A stretch of 27,711 nt of DNA from an uncultured Verrucomicrobiota bacterium (GCA_964623885.1 CAZUVM010000142.1:1-27711); one strand, 5' to 3'. Positions 15,183 to 26,035 are shown, counted from the first letter of the stretch. Notes: generated by a model from the sequence alone, not told the origin. Program-made: numbers and translations.

Positions 15183-16982
15183 TTATGACTTTGCCGGCGC
15201 GTGGCCATTACCCTGGCCGCGCAGCATGATACCGAGCAGGCCATCAACCAACCCCGGGTTGGCGCTGGCGCCGCTCACCGACACATCCGGCACGATCCGC
15301 ACGTTGCGTTCCCCCACGATTTGCATGAGCTGCATCATCGTGTAGGGCTGCGCGCCGAGCGACTCGACGCCGGCCTTGTAAGCCTCGGCCTTCGCCGAGC
15401 CTGTGGCGCGGATGGCTTCGGCCTCGCCGTGAGCCCGCAAGCGCACCGCTTCGGCTTCGCCGGTGGCCTGTTTGACCTGCGCGTTGGCGTGGAGCTCGGC
15501 GATATTAACGCCTTGCTCGGCGCCGACGACCTGTTGCTGGATGTCCGCCAGCGAGGTCTGCCGCACGAGCTGCTGCCGCTGCTTTTGCGCGGCCTCCTGC
15601 ATCTCGTAGGTCTTCTTTTGCTCTTCGGCGATCTTTCGATCCGTCTGCGTCTGCATGAGCTGAGCTGGCGGATTGATGTCACCGATCAGCGTGTCGATGG
15701 CCTGCACATCGTAAGCCCCGATGGCTTCACGGATGTGCGCGGCCGCGTCTTCCTGGCGATGGCTGCGCGCGCTCAGGAAGTCCAGGACCGTGTAATCCTG
15801 CGCCGAGTTGCGGAAGTAATTTCCGACAATCGGTTGCAAGACGTGATCGACCAGGTTTTGCATCGACCCGACGCGCGAGATCACCTTCGGCGCATCGAGC
15901 GCGCCGACATGGATGATCTGCGCCACGTCCAGGTTAAACGCGAACCCGTCTTTCGAACGCACGGTAATCGACTGCAACTTCTCGTCGTACTTGTGCGCTT
16001 CGGTTCGCGTCGCCCAGTTCAGGACGATGTTTGTCGTTGGCACCAGCTCAACTTTCATCACGCGGGTATTGATCGGATGTTTACCCGGATACAGAGGCGT
16101 CACCCAGACACCTTTGTGACCTGTTTCCACCAGGTCGCCGTGCTTGAATTCGAGGCCGCTGACGTCGACATGCGCCTTCCCGACAAACGAGATGACCACG
16201 CCGACGTAGCCGATCGGTATCTGCACCATGGGCACCTGCTCCACCTGGACAAACCAGGGATTCAGGTTCCACGTTCCGGACAACAGGATCTGCTCCTGCA
16301 ATCCGCGCCGGCCATCGCCATCCAGGAACGCCTGCGCGTTCTGGAAGTTGTCGTGCCCGGCCACCATCGGCCCGGCAATTTCACCCGAGTCAATGGGCTT
16401 CCCATCCAGGGTGGTCACAATCCCCACCATGTCTGGTTCAACCCGTTGCAGGCGCAATTGCCACAGCTCCATCCCGTGCTGCTCAGCATCGGCCGCGGTA
16501 ATCACCGTGAACAACGCCAGGTTGATCCGGTAAGCGCCCGCGGTGAGAATGCCCAGCTGCCGGCCTTTCTCGCCGCCGTTCGCCAGGAACTTGCGAGCGT
16601 CCTGGTAATTGTCGCAATCAACGACCTTGCCCAGGATGCGTTGCGTCGGAATGGGAGCGCCATCGGCCGCGACCACCAGGGCAATCTCGCCCTGCGGCAC
16701 GACCACGACCGGCATCTTGAGAATCCGGTATTGCCAGCGGAAATAACCGAAGTGCAATCCCGGCGCCAAAGTGTCGGCCTGGTAACCGGCTTCGCCGGCC
16801 AGCGCGATCAAGTGCCCCGGCGGTAGCGAACGCGCGCCGAATTTTTTAATCACGATCCCGACCTGCCGTTCGCGGATTAACACCGCGCCCAGCAAAGTTG
16901 GACTCATTATGAGAAAGAACAACAATAAGAGCATCCCGGTCAGCACCGGGTGCTCCGACATTAAGAGGATCAACATTTTCAT
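15183..16982 (-). CDS. Flotillin-like SPFH/band-7 membrane protein (YqiK/FloA-like)
   Basis: N-terminal transmembrane segment, SPFH domain, then Ala/Glu-rich heptad region (EAEAVRLRAHGEAEAIRATGSAKAEAYKAG) typical of flotillins. Start taken at MKMLILL. The ORF-track start at 17177 adds 65 unlikely residues. Confidence 0.8.
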   Translation of the reverse strand: MKMLILLMSEHPVLTGMLLLLFFLIMSPTLLGAVLIRERQVGIVIKKFGARSLPPGHLIALAGEAGYQADTLAPGLHFGYFRWQYRILKMPVVVVPQGEIALVVAADGAPIPTQRILGKVVDCDNYQDARKFLANGGEKGRQLGILTAGAYRINLALFTVITAADAEQHGMELWQLRLQRVEPDMVGIVTTLDGKPIDSGEIAGPMVAGHDNFQNAQAFLDGDGRRGLQEQILLSGTWNLNPWFVQVEQVPMVQIPIGYVGVVISFVGKAHVDVSGLEFKHGDLVETGHKGVWVTPLYPGKHPINTRVMKVELVPTTNIVLNWATRTEAHKYDEKLQSITVRSKDGFAFNLDVAQIIHVGALDAPKVISRVGSMQNLVDHVLQPIVGNYFRNSAQDYTVLDFLSARSHRQEDAAAHIREAIGAYDVQAIDTLIGDINPPAQLMQTQTDRKIAEEQKKTYEMQEAAQKQRQQLVRQTSLADIQQQVVGAEQGVNIAELHANAQVKQATGEAEAVRLRAHGEAEAIRATGSAKAEAYKAGVESLGAQPYTMMQLMQIVGERNVRIVPDVSVSGASANPGLVDGLLGIMLRGQGNGHAPAKS

Positions 16983-17389
16983 ATCGATCTCCGATGTGGC
17001 ATATGCGCAGAGCGGTATCGCCGCGCGGTGCACAGCGCGTTTTACAACGGGGTGAACATAGAAGTCCGCACTCGCGGGCTCCTGGAGGATCGCCCTTCCC
17101 AATGCCGGCGAGGTTAGCTGACGGGCTCGGTCCAGGAAGTGACCTTGGCGACGATTACTCGCCGCCGTTCGCCCCATCCCCGGAAACTTTTCCGGGGAAT
17201 CTGGGTTCCCCCGCGCTGGCTCTCAGGAAGGAAAGCCAGCTTAGGCTGCTTCAACTGCTGATCGATCAATCTCACAAAAACGGCGGGTGTCAACCTACCT
17301 AAGTGCCTGCCACCTGACGGATTTGGCTCAATCAATGCTGTCTCCAGGAATACGACCCCTCCTCTGAAACATCAACCTGGCTCTTCGCG

Positions 17390-20300
17390 CTACTGGGTTA
17401 GTGCTCGATAGAACTTTCGGTTGGGGTCAGGCGTATCCTGGAAGTACATAGCAGGCGTGGAGCACAAGAAATTGGTGAGCGGGGCCCAATTGAAAAGGTC
17501 GGTGGAGGTCTGCACCTGGTAAGCAAAGCCCGGGACGCCCTCGAGGCTGACAGTGATAGAGTTGCTGCCCATGCTCGCAGACAAAGGCAAGCGCAGCTTC
17601 GGACCTGGGACGACAGACAGCGGGGCGACGCGGTAGAACCGGCGGACCAAATTGGTGCTGACAGAGTCGCTAAGGACCATGGGTATATTGGTGCAGGTGA
17701 ATTTGAGGATGGCTGTCCAATCGGTCAGATTGCTGCTGGCAAGTAACACATAAGAATTGCCGAGATTACCGAGCACAGACAATTGGAAAGCGCCACTCGG
17801 ACCCATTTGGCCGCGGGTGAAGTGCAGCGGGTCGAACACAAGCGGATTCAGCCCGGCACGATATTCTTGCAAGTTGGTGAACCCGTCGCCGTCGGGGTCG
17901 TCGTTTGCGCCATTGTTCGGCGCATTGAGCGAACCGAAATACTGCATTTCCCACGAGTCGGGCAGTCCGTTGTTGTTTCGATCATCAGCCATGGTCGTGC
18001 GGACCAGGAAGATTTGGCCGCCGGTAGTGCGGAAGGCCAGGCCGTCGTTCCCCCAGCGAATGAGGCGGGTGGGCGAGCCGGACACGTTGCTAATCGTTAT
18101 TGAGCTCACCAATTGCAGGTTGGTTATGTCCAAAGCCGAAAGCGTCCAGGTTGGACCACTGCCCGTAAGATAAAAAGCGCGCCAATCGGCTTCATCTGGC
18201 GCAACCAGGCCGCTGTAGGAAACGGTAGTGATATTGGTGCCGGCAAATGGGTCAAAGACTCGACCGCCGGGAGTGAACATCCGGCCTGCGCCATACTTGA
18301 TTTCCCAATCCGGGTACGTGACGACCGTATTGCGCACGTCGGAGAGCAGCGTGGCGCCAGACGCGTCGATGGCGATGTGGCGGAAGCCCGTAGGATACGT
18401 CGAATAGCAATTGGACGAGGATGTCAGCGCGAGGAAATAGTTCTGATTGTATTCGGTCGCACCGACCACGTTCGAGCGCTGCACGCCGTCATCATAAACT
18501 GCGAGCGTCGAGTGGGCCGTCGCCACGACCGCATGCGGATTATCCGGGAGCACGGCGATATCGCTGACATAATCGAAGCGGGTGGGAAATTTGAGGTCCG
18601 CAACGCGGTTGCTGACATCGACCCGCTGAATGGAGCTGTCAGCGTCCAATCCGGCATAAACGTATTGGCCGTTAGCGGAAACGGCGAGCTTGTCCGGCTC
18701 GGTGCTGGTGGGAATCGGAGCATCATAAGCACCGGTCAAAGGATTAAACGAGAGCAGGGAATTACCGAGATCGGCCTGGGCATTGGGGACGCTGGCGAAG
18801 ATCCGATTGGCAGAAGCATCCCAAGCGATATCACTGGTGACCTGCCAAATGACCGTCACCGTATCGGGAGCGGCGGCGCGGCCAACGGAGATGTTAAGCG
18901 TAGCGAGATTGTTGGAAGGATTGGGATCAATGGTGTCGCTGGTGGCGCTGGCGCGCAGCAGGGCAAGGCCGGCATTAATGCCGATGAAGTTGAGATTAAC
19001 CGTAGCGCTGGCCCCGCTGGTGAGATTGCTCAACCAGCAAACCAGGCCCCCCGCTGACTGGGTCCAGGCACCGCTAGTGGGGACAACCGAAGTCAGCAAT
19101 GCGTTATTAGGCAGGGTTTGGGCCAGAACGACATTGGACGCGTCGTTGGGGCCCTGATTCGAAATCCTCAGAGTGCAACTGAAAGTGTTGCTCACCATGG
19201 CAGGCAAGCCGGTATTGATGGCGTTGAGCGCAAGATCGGCTGGCCCACCCGAAGGAATGAGCGAACTGCGGGCGATGGCGATTTGGGTGGAGTTGGCGCG
19301 GAAAGCGAGGCCGTTGGTGCCCCATTGAACCAGCCGGCCGGTGGCGTTTGAGACACCGAGCGTGAAGGTTGTCCCGATTGGGAGGAGTGTCGCCAGATCA
19401 TATGCAACAATCCGGCCGGGGCTGGATTGGAATTGCCAAAACCGACCCGCGGCGGTGCTGCCTGCGACCGGCCCTCCGCCGGTGCCGGGCAGGCCGATCC
19501 CGCGCTCGGGATCAGCAATGCCGCCGCCCGCGAAGACCAACCCACCAGCGAAAGTGAAATGTGCGCCGATGATGGAAGGTGAATAATCCTTGATTGTGGT
19601 GAGCCCGGAGGAGTCCACTTGCATCACCGAGAAATCGGAGGGGCTTAGAGAAAGCATGTTGCCGTAAAGGCGAGTGCCCGATTCGTTCCATTCAACGCTG
19701 TCGCCGCCGCCACCGTTGGTGCGGGCAATGCCGTTGTCGTAAATGAAAAAACCGCGTTCGTACGGACTGATCCCAGGCTCCCACCACCCAGCCGCTACGG
19801 TTGTCGAATTTCCCGGCATGGCCTTGATGTCCAGGACCGAATAGCCCTGATTTGTCCACATCAGATCAATTGTGCGGGCGAGCGTATCGAAGCGATAGAC
19901 GCCGGCGCCGGGTTGCGGCTGGAAGATGGCGTTGGTGCCGTTGTTGGCGGCGTGGATGTAACGGCCGTCGCCAGAGGTGGTGAGTTGCACGAAGCCGGCG
20001 TTGCCGATCGGAACGGCGGGTTCAGACTGATAAAGAAGTGGGTCGGTCGCGATAAGCGTGCCGTTGCTGCTAACGAGCGACCAAAGGCGCCGGGTGATCG
20101 GGCTATAGACAAGATCGGCGGCGTTAATATTCAGCAGATAGACGTTGGGCGGCACAAGGGCGAAAGGCACGCTTTGGCCCGTGATCCCGTTGGAGTCTGA
20201 AACACGCAGACTTACGACTGGCTCAGTGGTGAAGAGGGTAACATTGCCGGTCCATTGGCCGGAGGCGAAAGTGACATTCGTTGGTTGCAGAATAATCGGC

Positions 20301-23300
20301 CCGCCGGAACCGAGCGGGGAAAGGGTGACGGGCCCTCTATAAGCGGTGATCGGGCCATCAAAAATATCCCGGGCAGAAATCGTGACGCTGAAGGGCACGG
20401 TGCTGGTGCGCGGGTTGGAGATCGCGGCGAAGGTGAAATGATCGATTTCATTGTCTAGCAGCAGAACATTCGTGGAAATTGAGGTGAAGCCGGAGGCAGC
20501 CGCAGCGATGCTGATATTTTCCGAGCCGTTGTAGTTTGTGTCATCGATAATAGTCGCCGGGAATGAGACGCTGGTTTGACCGGCTGAAATAGTGGCGGAC
20601 TCCGGAACGAGCAGGCGATTGGTGTCCGATGAGTTCAGAACAAGGGCGAGATTGGTAGTCAGCGTGCCGGAAATCCGGAGCGTATAAGATGTGGGTGTAT
20701 CACCTTCGCTGACCTGAGCCGGGCCGGAGATGCGGAGGAGCGTGTCCTCGTTGTCGGTGACCGATATGAAATTGGTGGCGGGGATAGAATTGGGCAACGA
20801 AGCCGAGACCGCAACCTGGCGCGTGCCGTTTATTTTGTTGTCATCGACAAGGGTGACATTGAAAACCGCGGAGGTGATGCCTGGAGGGAAAATGACCGTG
20901 GGTTGAACGACGACGGATGAATCGCTCGAAGAGAGATTTACGGTGAGATAATAGGAGGCCGGGACGCTGGAGTATAGGTGACCGGCATTGAGCAAAGTGC
21001 CTGCGGTCTCGGCGGCAGTTGATGGCAATGAGAGAGTGAGCGTTGTGGAATTGGTGTCGTCCACCTCGATGTAAGTTGAGCTGCCGACAAGATTCGTTGC
21101 CGTCGCGGAGATTCTCACTGATTGCGGTCCGGTCAACAGGGAATCAGCAATCGCGCTGAAGGAGAAAGTTGCGTTCGTCTGGCCGGCGGGAATGATCACG
21201 CTGCTGGGAACCGACAGGCGAGCAGGCCAGCTCGAGGTTAGCGCGATGCTGCTGGCTTGAGCTAGAAGGATTGGGATGACTACCTGGCCGGTGTAAGAGC
21301 CGCCTTCGTTCACAGCGGCGGGAACGAGGAGCCGGGCATCAATCGGCCGGACATCGAATTTGCCGCTTGCGCCTAAGTGCAGATTGTTGTCGCTGATAGT
21401 GAAGTAAGCATTCGTGGCGACTGGATTGATGGTGACGGTGTTGGACCAAACGCCTGCACTGAAGGTGAGATTGCTCGGACTCACGGGCAGGTTCGTGTAG
21501 CTCTGAGTGAAGACGTTAATCTCATCAAACCAGGCCGCACCGGTGTCGGTATTTTGCAAAGCGATGGCGTTGACGTAAGCGGGCCGGTAAGGGAAGGAGA
21601 CGTTGGTGGCCACAAGGACACCATCCAATAGCATTGTGGCAACGTAGCGTGTCCAGTCCAACTGGAGGTCCACGCGATACCAGCGATTCGACTGGTAAGC
21701 CACACCATAGAATATGTTTCCACCGTAGAGACCAATGCGGCCGTCGCGGCCCATGTAAAAATCCACCGCCGCCGAACCACTGACGCCGGCGAAAAGGCGG
21801 CCACAAAGGGCGTTCGTCTGCGCGGCGCGGGTGTAAAATGAGATCCCTGTGGGGAAGCAGTTCGAGAAGGCCTTAGTGAGCGAATAGTTGTAAATATAGC
21901 TGGAGGAGGCCGATTTGCCCGTGAGTCGCAAACTGTGCAAGCCGGCTGCGGCGAAGTCGGTCACATTCGAACAAAGCAGCCCGGGTGAGGATTGGTTCGT
22001 CCAGCCGGTCAGTAAGCCGTCCTCAAAATCGGCGGCGAAGCGATTGCTGTAGTACTGGTCGGTTTGTGCGGTCAGTAACGGCGAGCCCGAATAGTTGCTG
22101 ACCATGATGCCGAGATAATCAACTGCGGTCACCGTAACGGGGAATGGGCGTCCCGCGAACTGCGGTGTTGGCACAGAGTTAAAAACAAAATGATCAAGCC
22201 GGCCAGCCGCCGCATCATCATCAATAATGGTGCAATCGGCGCGATTGGTACCCAGCGTGGCGTAGGAGGCCGCGGTAAGGATGACGGAGAACGTCCGGTT
22301 TGATTGGAACACGGTATTGCCAAGAACGCCGATTGCGATCGAGAAATTGGTCGAGCCGGCGGGGAGAATTACCGAGGAGTTGGCGGAGACATAATCGTTC
22401 GTGGAATACGCGGTGCCATCCTGCGTGTGGTAAGTCACCACCACGTCATAAATCGCGGGCTTGGAGAGAGTGAGTTGGAAAATGCCATTGGTTATGCCAC
22501 TATCGCCCTCGAGCAGCGAGGTGCCGTAAATCCAGACGACCGGAGGCGGATCATCATCAACAATCGTGCCGATCGCACCCCCAATCGCGATCTGCGCGTT
22601 GACAGGATTAGTCAGCGTGACGCTAAACATGCGATTGGGTTGATTGAGGATGTTGTCGATGGCGAAGACTTTGATGGAAGTATTGGTCGCGCCCGAAGGA
22701 AGGATAACGGTGCCGTTACTGCCAATATAATCACTGCCGTTAGTGGCGGTCCCATCGCTGGTAAAATAGTCCACTGACAATGCCTGGCCACTCGGGCCGG
22801 ACGAGGTGACGCTGAAGACCATACCCGTGGCAGCGGCCGCCGCTTCGGCGCCGATGGCGGAGGAGATCCACAGCAAAGGCAGCTCTATGTGATTCGACAA
22901 TGCCACAGAGTTGTCTGCGGGATTCAGGTCCAACATTGACGATAAAACGCTAAATTGATTGGTAAAATCGCCCGGAATATCGGCACGGCAAACCAGCGTG
23001 GCGGTTAGATTCGAGCCCGTCGGCACCGAGCCGATCGTCCAGTTTATCGCCCCGGCGTTGTTGGAGATACTGCCTTGCAGATTTGTCGCGGAAAGGAACG
23101 TGAGGTTCGGCGGCATGTCATAATGAACGAGCGTGTTCGCCGCGGTTGACGGGCCCCGATTGGTCACGGACAGATTGAATTGGAGTTTCATTCCCGGGCG
23201 CAGCGGCGGCGTTCCCTGCACCTGGGACGATGCCGTCAGCGCCAGATCGGCAACGGCTTGGATGTCCAGCGGGTTGGAAAAACCTTTATGCCCTTCGGTG

Positions 23301-26035
23301 TCGTCAGCGATCAGGACCACATTTGAGGCCCCTTGCAGCGGAGTGATCGTTCCTGTCCACACGCCATTGGCGAAACCGTTCGTCAGCACCGTGGGCGCGA
23401 GCGCCGGATAGGCGATTTGAACGTTGTCCGCGTAAAGAAAGTAATCGTTCGGGATGATGTACCACGGTGCGCCATAAGAGACGATCAAGCTCAAGGTATA
23501 AACCCCGTTGCTTGGCGCCGTAAAAGGCAGCTCGATTCTTCCGCGAGAGCTTTGGCCGCCGCAAAGGTCGGGCATGTTCCAATAGCCATTGGAATTCCCG
23601 ATCCCGAGTGCCGCCTGCGCGCCGACCCAGCAACCGCCTCCTTCCTGCGCGCTGGCCAGGTCCACGCTGAGCGTATAGGTGATACCACCCGCCAACTGGA
23701 CGTTTTGCGAGATGCCATCGGTGCCCGGATTGATGCGCATCCGAAAAGCGCTCGAAAGCCGCCCATCTCCAACCACATCGTAGGGTATCAGCTCGTAAGG
23801 CCCGGGATTATCCCCGTTCGTCAAGGGCGCCCACGGCGCCAGTGTCGGGAGCTCGAAATCGAGGTTGGTGGCGACCACGTTCGTAGTGGAAGTGAGGACC
23901 CGGACCGGGTTCGAGAAATTGGTGACTACATCCCCGAACGCATCACGAGCGGTGATGGTCAGCGGAAAGGCCAAACCCTGCGTCTGCGCGCCCGTGATTG
24001 GCGCGATGTCAAAGTGATGCACGACTCCCGGGAACCCGTCGTCATTGAGGATTGTGCCCGTGGCTTGCCCGACGTTGATGATGGCGTATTGCGCATTGGT
24101 CAGATTGAGCGTGAATGTTTCGTCCGGCTCGGGCACCAGGTCGCCAATCGCTTGCACGATTAGTGTCTTGTTGGTCTCGCCCGGCTGGTAGCTCAGCGTC
24201 CCCGCGATCGGCACGTAATCTGTTCCAGCCTGCGCCGTCTGGTCGCTCGTGAAGTAATCCACGGTGACGCTATCGAATGAGGCGGCAGAGAGGATCACGT
24301 TGTACACGAGATTCACCACTCCGCTGTCCCTTTCGACTACCACTGGCGTCATGGCAGAAATACTGAGCGTCGGCGTGGAATCATCATTGCTGATCGTTCC
24401 TTGCGCCGTCGAACGGGCCATCCACGCCTGCATCGGCTGGCTCAGGTTCAGGTAAAGCGTCTCGTCCGGTTCCAGGACCTGGTCGCCTAATATGGGCACC
24501 TGCACGACCTGGTTGGTGTTGCCCGGCGGAAAAGTCACCGTGCCGGTGATGGCCACATAATCCGGCGTCCCCACACCATAAGCAAAAGATTTTGCCGTGC
24601 CATCGCTGGTGGCGTATTGCACCGTGACGGGGAAAGTGGGCGTGGTGGTCAGCCAAACATTAAAATTCATGAAATTCGTCCCGGAATTGCCCTCCACCAT
24701 CGCTGTATCTGAGACACCTACGCCAGGCACGTCGACTGTTCCGTTCGGATCATAGACTTCGGCATTCGTCATCGAGAACGGATCGCTCTGAGAGGTCATG
24801 CCCCCCGCGATGAGCACCGTCCCGTCAGGCAGCAAACAGGCAGTGTGGTTCTCGCGTTTGGCCGTAAGATTGGCAGTCCACGTGAACGTATCCGTCACCG
24901 GGTCGTAAAGTTCAGCGCTCGACAGGGAATCATATGTGGCACCCCAGGTGCCCTGGCCTCCGGCGATCAGCACCTTCCCGTTCTGGAGCAAGGTGGCTGA
25001 ATGATAAGCCCGCGGCTGCAGGAACATGCTGGCCGGCACCGACGTGGCCGTATTTGTGTCGTAAATGTAGGCCCGACCGTAACCGAAATAGAGGAACTTG
25101 CCGGTGCTGGGCAGGTAGATGCCGTTGTAAGCGCATTGCATGGTGGGCGCCAGGCTGAAGGTCCCTGTGCCCGGATCGAATAGTTCGTTCGTGGTCAACG
25201 CGCCCCCGCACAGCAAAACCGTTCCGTCCGATTGCGGTGTGGCATAGTGCCCGTAGCTGTAAACCAGCATGTCGCCCACCTGTTGAAATGTTTGGGTGGC
25301 GGGGTTGTAGACCTCGGCCGTCTTTGCTCCCGTGGCATTGCCGCCCCCGGCCAGCAACACCAGACCGCTATTGAGCAACGTGGCCGATCCGTCCTCGTGC
25401 ACCCCAATCATCGTTCCCGCCGGCAAGTTAAACGTTCTCGCGGCGACGTCATAGAGGTCCGTAACGTGGCCGAGATGCTGCCCCACCAGCAGTACCTGGT
25501 TATTCGTCATCAGCGTCAACGTCGGGCCCCAATAATAAAGGGCATGGGCGGCGCCAACGCCGAAAAAGCGGGCGGGCGTCACGCTGGTGACCCACAAGGC
25601 TGCATTATTTGTCGCGACCGGGTCACCGGTATCTGAGGAAACGGCGGCGAAATTTGTGAGCGAGCCAAGCGTCGTGGCCTGCAACTCAAAAGTCAGTGTT
25701 GCCGTGGCGCCGAAGGGGAGCGTGCCCAAAGCACTAGTCACGACGCCGCCAGATTGAGTAACGGCACCCTGGCTGGCGGATGCGCCGATGAAACTGGCAT
25801 TGGCAGGCAGGAGATTGGTAACGAGCACATTGGTAGCCGCCATCGGCCCGTAATTATAATTATTATAGACGCTGACAGTGACCTTGAAATATTGGCCGAG
25901 ACTGACCGCCGATGGCGCGCTGCTGAAGGAAAGCTGGAGGTCGGCGGTTTGGGCGGTCATTGGACTCGGCCTGAGGGCGAGAGTCGCCAGGCAAAGCGAG
26001 CACAGACGTGCAAGCATCCCGTTAGGGGTCTTCAT
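17390..26035 (-). CDS. Giant secreted adhesin-like protein, 2881 aa. Signal peptide, DUF11, Kelch-like beta-propeller, at least 4 Calx-beta domains, LamG-like jelly roll, a duplicated [beta-propeller + DUF11] unit, and a C-terminal TSP3-like + 2x FYR module
   Basis: AGGAGA Shine-Dalgarno about 9 nt upstream of the ATG at 26035. Signal peptide MKTPNGMLARLCSLCLATLALRP. DUF11 (TNFAAVSSDTGDPVATNN). Repeated ELYDPxTxTF / GTVLIAGG Kelch-like blades. Calx-beta signatures (VDYFTSDGTA..GSDY..GTV.LPSG.T...I.V..IDD). Two propeller units ending ..LVQWGTNGLAFRAN.. and ..LIRWGNDGLAFRTT.. Confidence 0.88.
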   Translation of the reverse strand: MKTPNGMLARLCSLCLATLALRPSPMTAQTADLQLSFSSAPSAVSLGQYFKVTVSVYNNYNYGPMAATNVLVTNLLPANASFIGASASQGAVTQSGGVVTSALGTLPFGATATLTFELQATTLGSLTNFAAVSSDTGDPVATNNAALWVTSVTPARFFGVGAAHALYYWGPTLTLMTNNQVLLVGQHLGHVTDLYDVAARTFNLPAGTMIGVHEDGSATLLNSGLVLLAGGGNATGAKTAEVYNPATQTFQQVGDMLVYSYGHYATPQSDGTVLLCGGALTTNELFDPGTGTFSLAPTMQCAYNGIYLPSTGKFLYFGYGRAYIYDTNTATSVPASMFLQPRAYHSATLLQNGKVLIAGGQGTWGATYDSLSSAELYDPVTDTFTWTANLTAKRENHTACLLPDGTVLIAGGMTSQSDPFSMTNAEVYDPNGTVDVPGVGVSDTAMVEGNSGTNFMNFNVWLTTTPTFPVTVQYATSDGTAKSFAYGVGTPDYVAITGTVTFPPGNTNQVVQVPILGDQVLEPDETLYLNLSQPMQAWMARSTAQGTISNDDSTPTLSISAMTPVVVERDSGVVNLVYNVILSAASFDSVTVDYFTSDQTAQAGTDYVPIAGTLSYQPGETNKTLIVQAIGDLVPEPDETFTLNLTNAQYAIINVGQATGTILNDDGFPGVVHHFDIAPITGAQTQGLAFPLTITARDAFGDVVTNFSNPVRVLTSTTNVVATNLDFELPTLAPWAPLTNGDNPGPYELIPYDVVGDGRLSSAFRMRINPGTDGISQNVQLAGGITYTLSVDLASAQEGGGCWVGAQAALGIGNSNGYWNMPDLCGGQSSRGRIELPFTAPSNGVYTLSLIVSYGAPWYIIPNDYFLYADNVQIAYPALAPTVLTNGFANGVWTGTITPLQGASNVVLIADDTEGHKGFSNPLDIQAVADLALTASSQVQGTPPLRPGMKLQFNLSVTNRGPSTAANTLVHYDMPPNLTFLSATNLQGSISNNAGAINWTIGSVPTGSNLTATLVCRADIPGDFTNQFSVLSSMLDLNPADNSVALSNHIELPLLWISSAIGAEAAAAATGMVFSVTSSGPSGQALSVDYFTSDGTATNGSDYIGSNGTVILPSGATNTSIKVFAIDNILNQPNRMFSVTLTNPVNAQIAIGGAIGTIVDDDPPPVVWIYGTSLLEGDSGITNGIFQLTLSKPAIYDVVVTYHTQDGTAYSTNDYVSANSSVILPAGSTNFSIAIGVLGNTVFQSNRTFSVILTAASYATLGTNRADCTIIDDDAAAGRLDHFVFNSVPTPQFAGRPFPVTVTAVDYLGIMVSNYSGSPLLTAQTDQYYSNRFAADFEDGLLTGWTNQSSPGLLCSNVTDFAAAGLHSLRLTGKSASSSYIYNYSLTKAFSNCFPTGISFYTRAAQTNALCGRLFAGVSGSAAVDFYMGRDGRIGLYGGNIFYGVAYQSNRWYRVDLQLDWTRYVATMLLDGVLVATNVSFPYRPAYVNAIALQNTDTGAAWFDEINVFTQSYTNLPVSPSNLTFSAGVWSNTVTINPVATNAYFTISDNNLHLGASGKFDVRPIDARLLVPAAVNEGGSYTGQVVIPILLAQASSIALTSSWPARLSVPSSVIIPAGQTNATFSFSAIADSLLTGPQSVRISATATNLVGSSTYIEVDDTNSTTLTLSLPSTAAETAGTLLNAGHLYSSVPASYYLTVNLSSSDSSVVVQPTVIFPPGITSAVFNVTLVDDNKINGTRQVAVSASLPNSIPATNFISVTDNEDTLLRISGPAQVSEGDTPTSYTLRISGTLTTNLALVLNSSDTNRLLVPESATISAGQTSVSFPATIIDDTNYNGSENISIAAAASGFTSISTNVLLLDNEIDHFTFAAISNPRTSTVPFSVTISARDIFDGPITAYRGPVTLSPLGSGGPIILQPTNVTFASGQWTGNVTLFTTEPVVSLRVSDSNGITGQSVPFALVPPNVYLLNINAADLVYSPITRRLWSLVSSNGTLIATDPLLYQSEPAVPIGNAGFVQLTTSGDGRYIHAANNGTNAIFQPQPGAGVYRFDTLARTIDLMWTNQGYSVLDIKAMPGNSTTVAAGWWEPGISPYERGFFIYDNGIARTNGGGGDSVEWNESGTRLYGNMLSLSPSDFSVMQVDSSGLTTIKDYSPSIIGAHFTFAGGLVFAGGGIADPERGIGLPGTGGGPVAGSTAAGRFWQFQSSPGRIVAYDLATLLPIGTTFTLGVSNATGRLVQWGTNGLAFRANSTQIAIARSSLIPSGGPADLALNAINTGLPAMVSNTFSCTLRISNQGPNDASNVVLAQTLPNNALLTSVVPTSGAWTQSAGGLVCWLSNLTSGASATVNLNFIGINAGLALLRASATSDTIDPNPSNNLATLNISVGRAAAPDTVTVIWQVTSDIAWDASANRIFASVPNAQADLGNSLLSFNPLTGAYDAPIPTSTEPDKLAVSANGQYVYAGLDADSSIQRVDVSNRVADLKFPTRFDYVSDIAVLPDNPHAVVATAHSTLAVYDDGVQRSNVVGATEYNQNYFLALTSSSNCYSTYPTGFRHIAIDASGATLLSDVRNTVVTYPDWEIKYGAGRMFTPGGRVFDPFAGTNITTVSYSGLVAPDEADWRAFYLTGSGPTWTLSALDITNLQLVSSITISNVSGSPTRLIRWGNDGLAFRTTGGQIFLVRTTMADDRNNNGLPDSWEMQYFGSLNAPNNGANDDPDGDGFTNLQEYRAGLNPLVFDPLHFTRGQMGPSGAFQLSVLGNLGNSYVLLASSNLTDWTAILKFTCTNIPMVLSDSVSTNLVRRFYRVAPLSVVPGPKLRLPLSASMGSNSITVSLEGVPGFAYQVQTSTDLFNWAPLTNFLCSTPAMYFQDTPDPNRKFYRALTQ
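17393..17986 (-). other. C-terminal 198-aa module of the 2881-aa protein. TSP3-like acidic repeat (NNNGLPDSWE...DDPDGDGFTNLQEYRAG) plus two tandem beta-rich domains, ending RRFYRVAP and RKFYRALTQ respectively
   Basis: Aligns motif-for-motif with the CotH giant C-terminus (7397..7771). Confidence 0.6.

Noticed and set aside
16983-17389. Small ORFs (16994..17302 +, 17114..17335 -), the 65-codon 5' extension of the flotillin ORF, and a CCCCGGAAAcTTTTCCGGGG hairpin at about 17172-17195
   Set aside because: No protein-like composition. The hairpin has a 2-nt loop if fully paired and no T-tract. This is probably the 5' UTR and promoter region of the flotillin gene.
18113-24163. Plus-strand ORFs (18113..19057, 23333..24163 and smaller) antisense to the 2881-aa gene
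   Set aside because: Same reasoning: low-complexity Gly/Arg-rich products embedded in a strongly supported minus-strand giant ORF.
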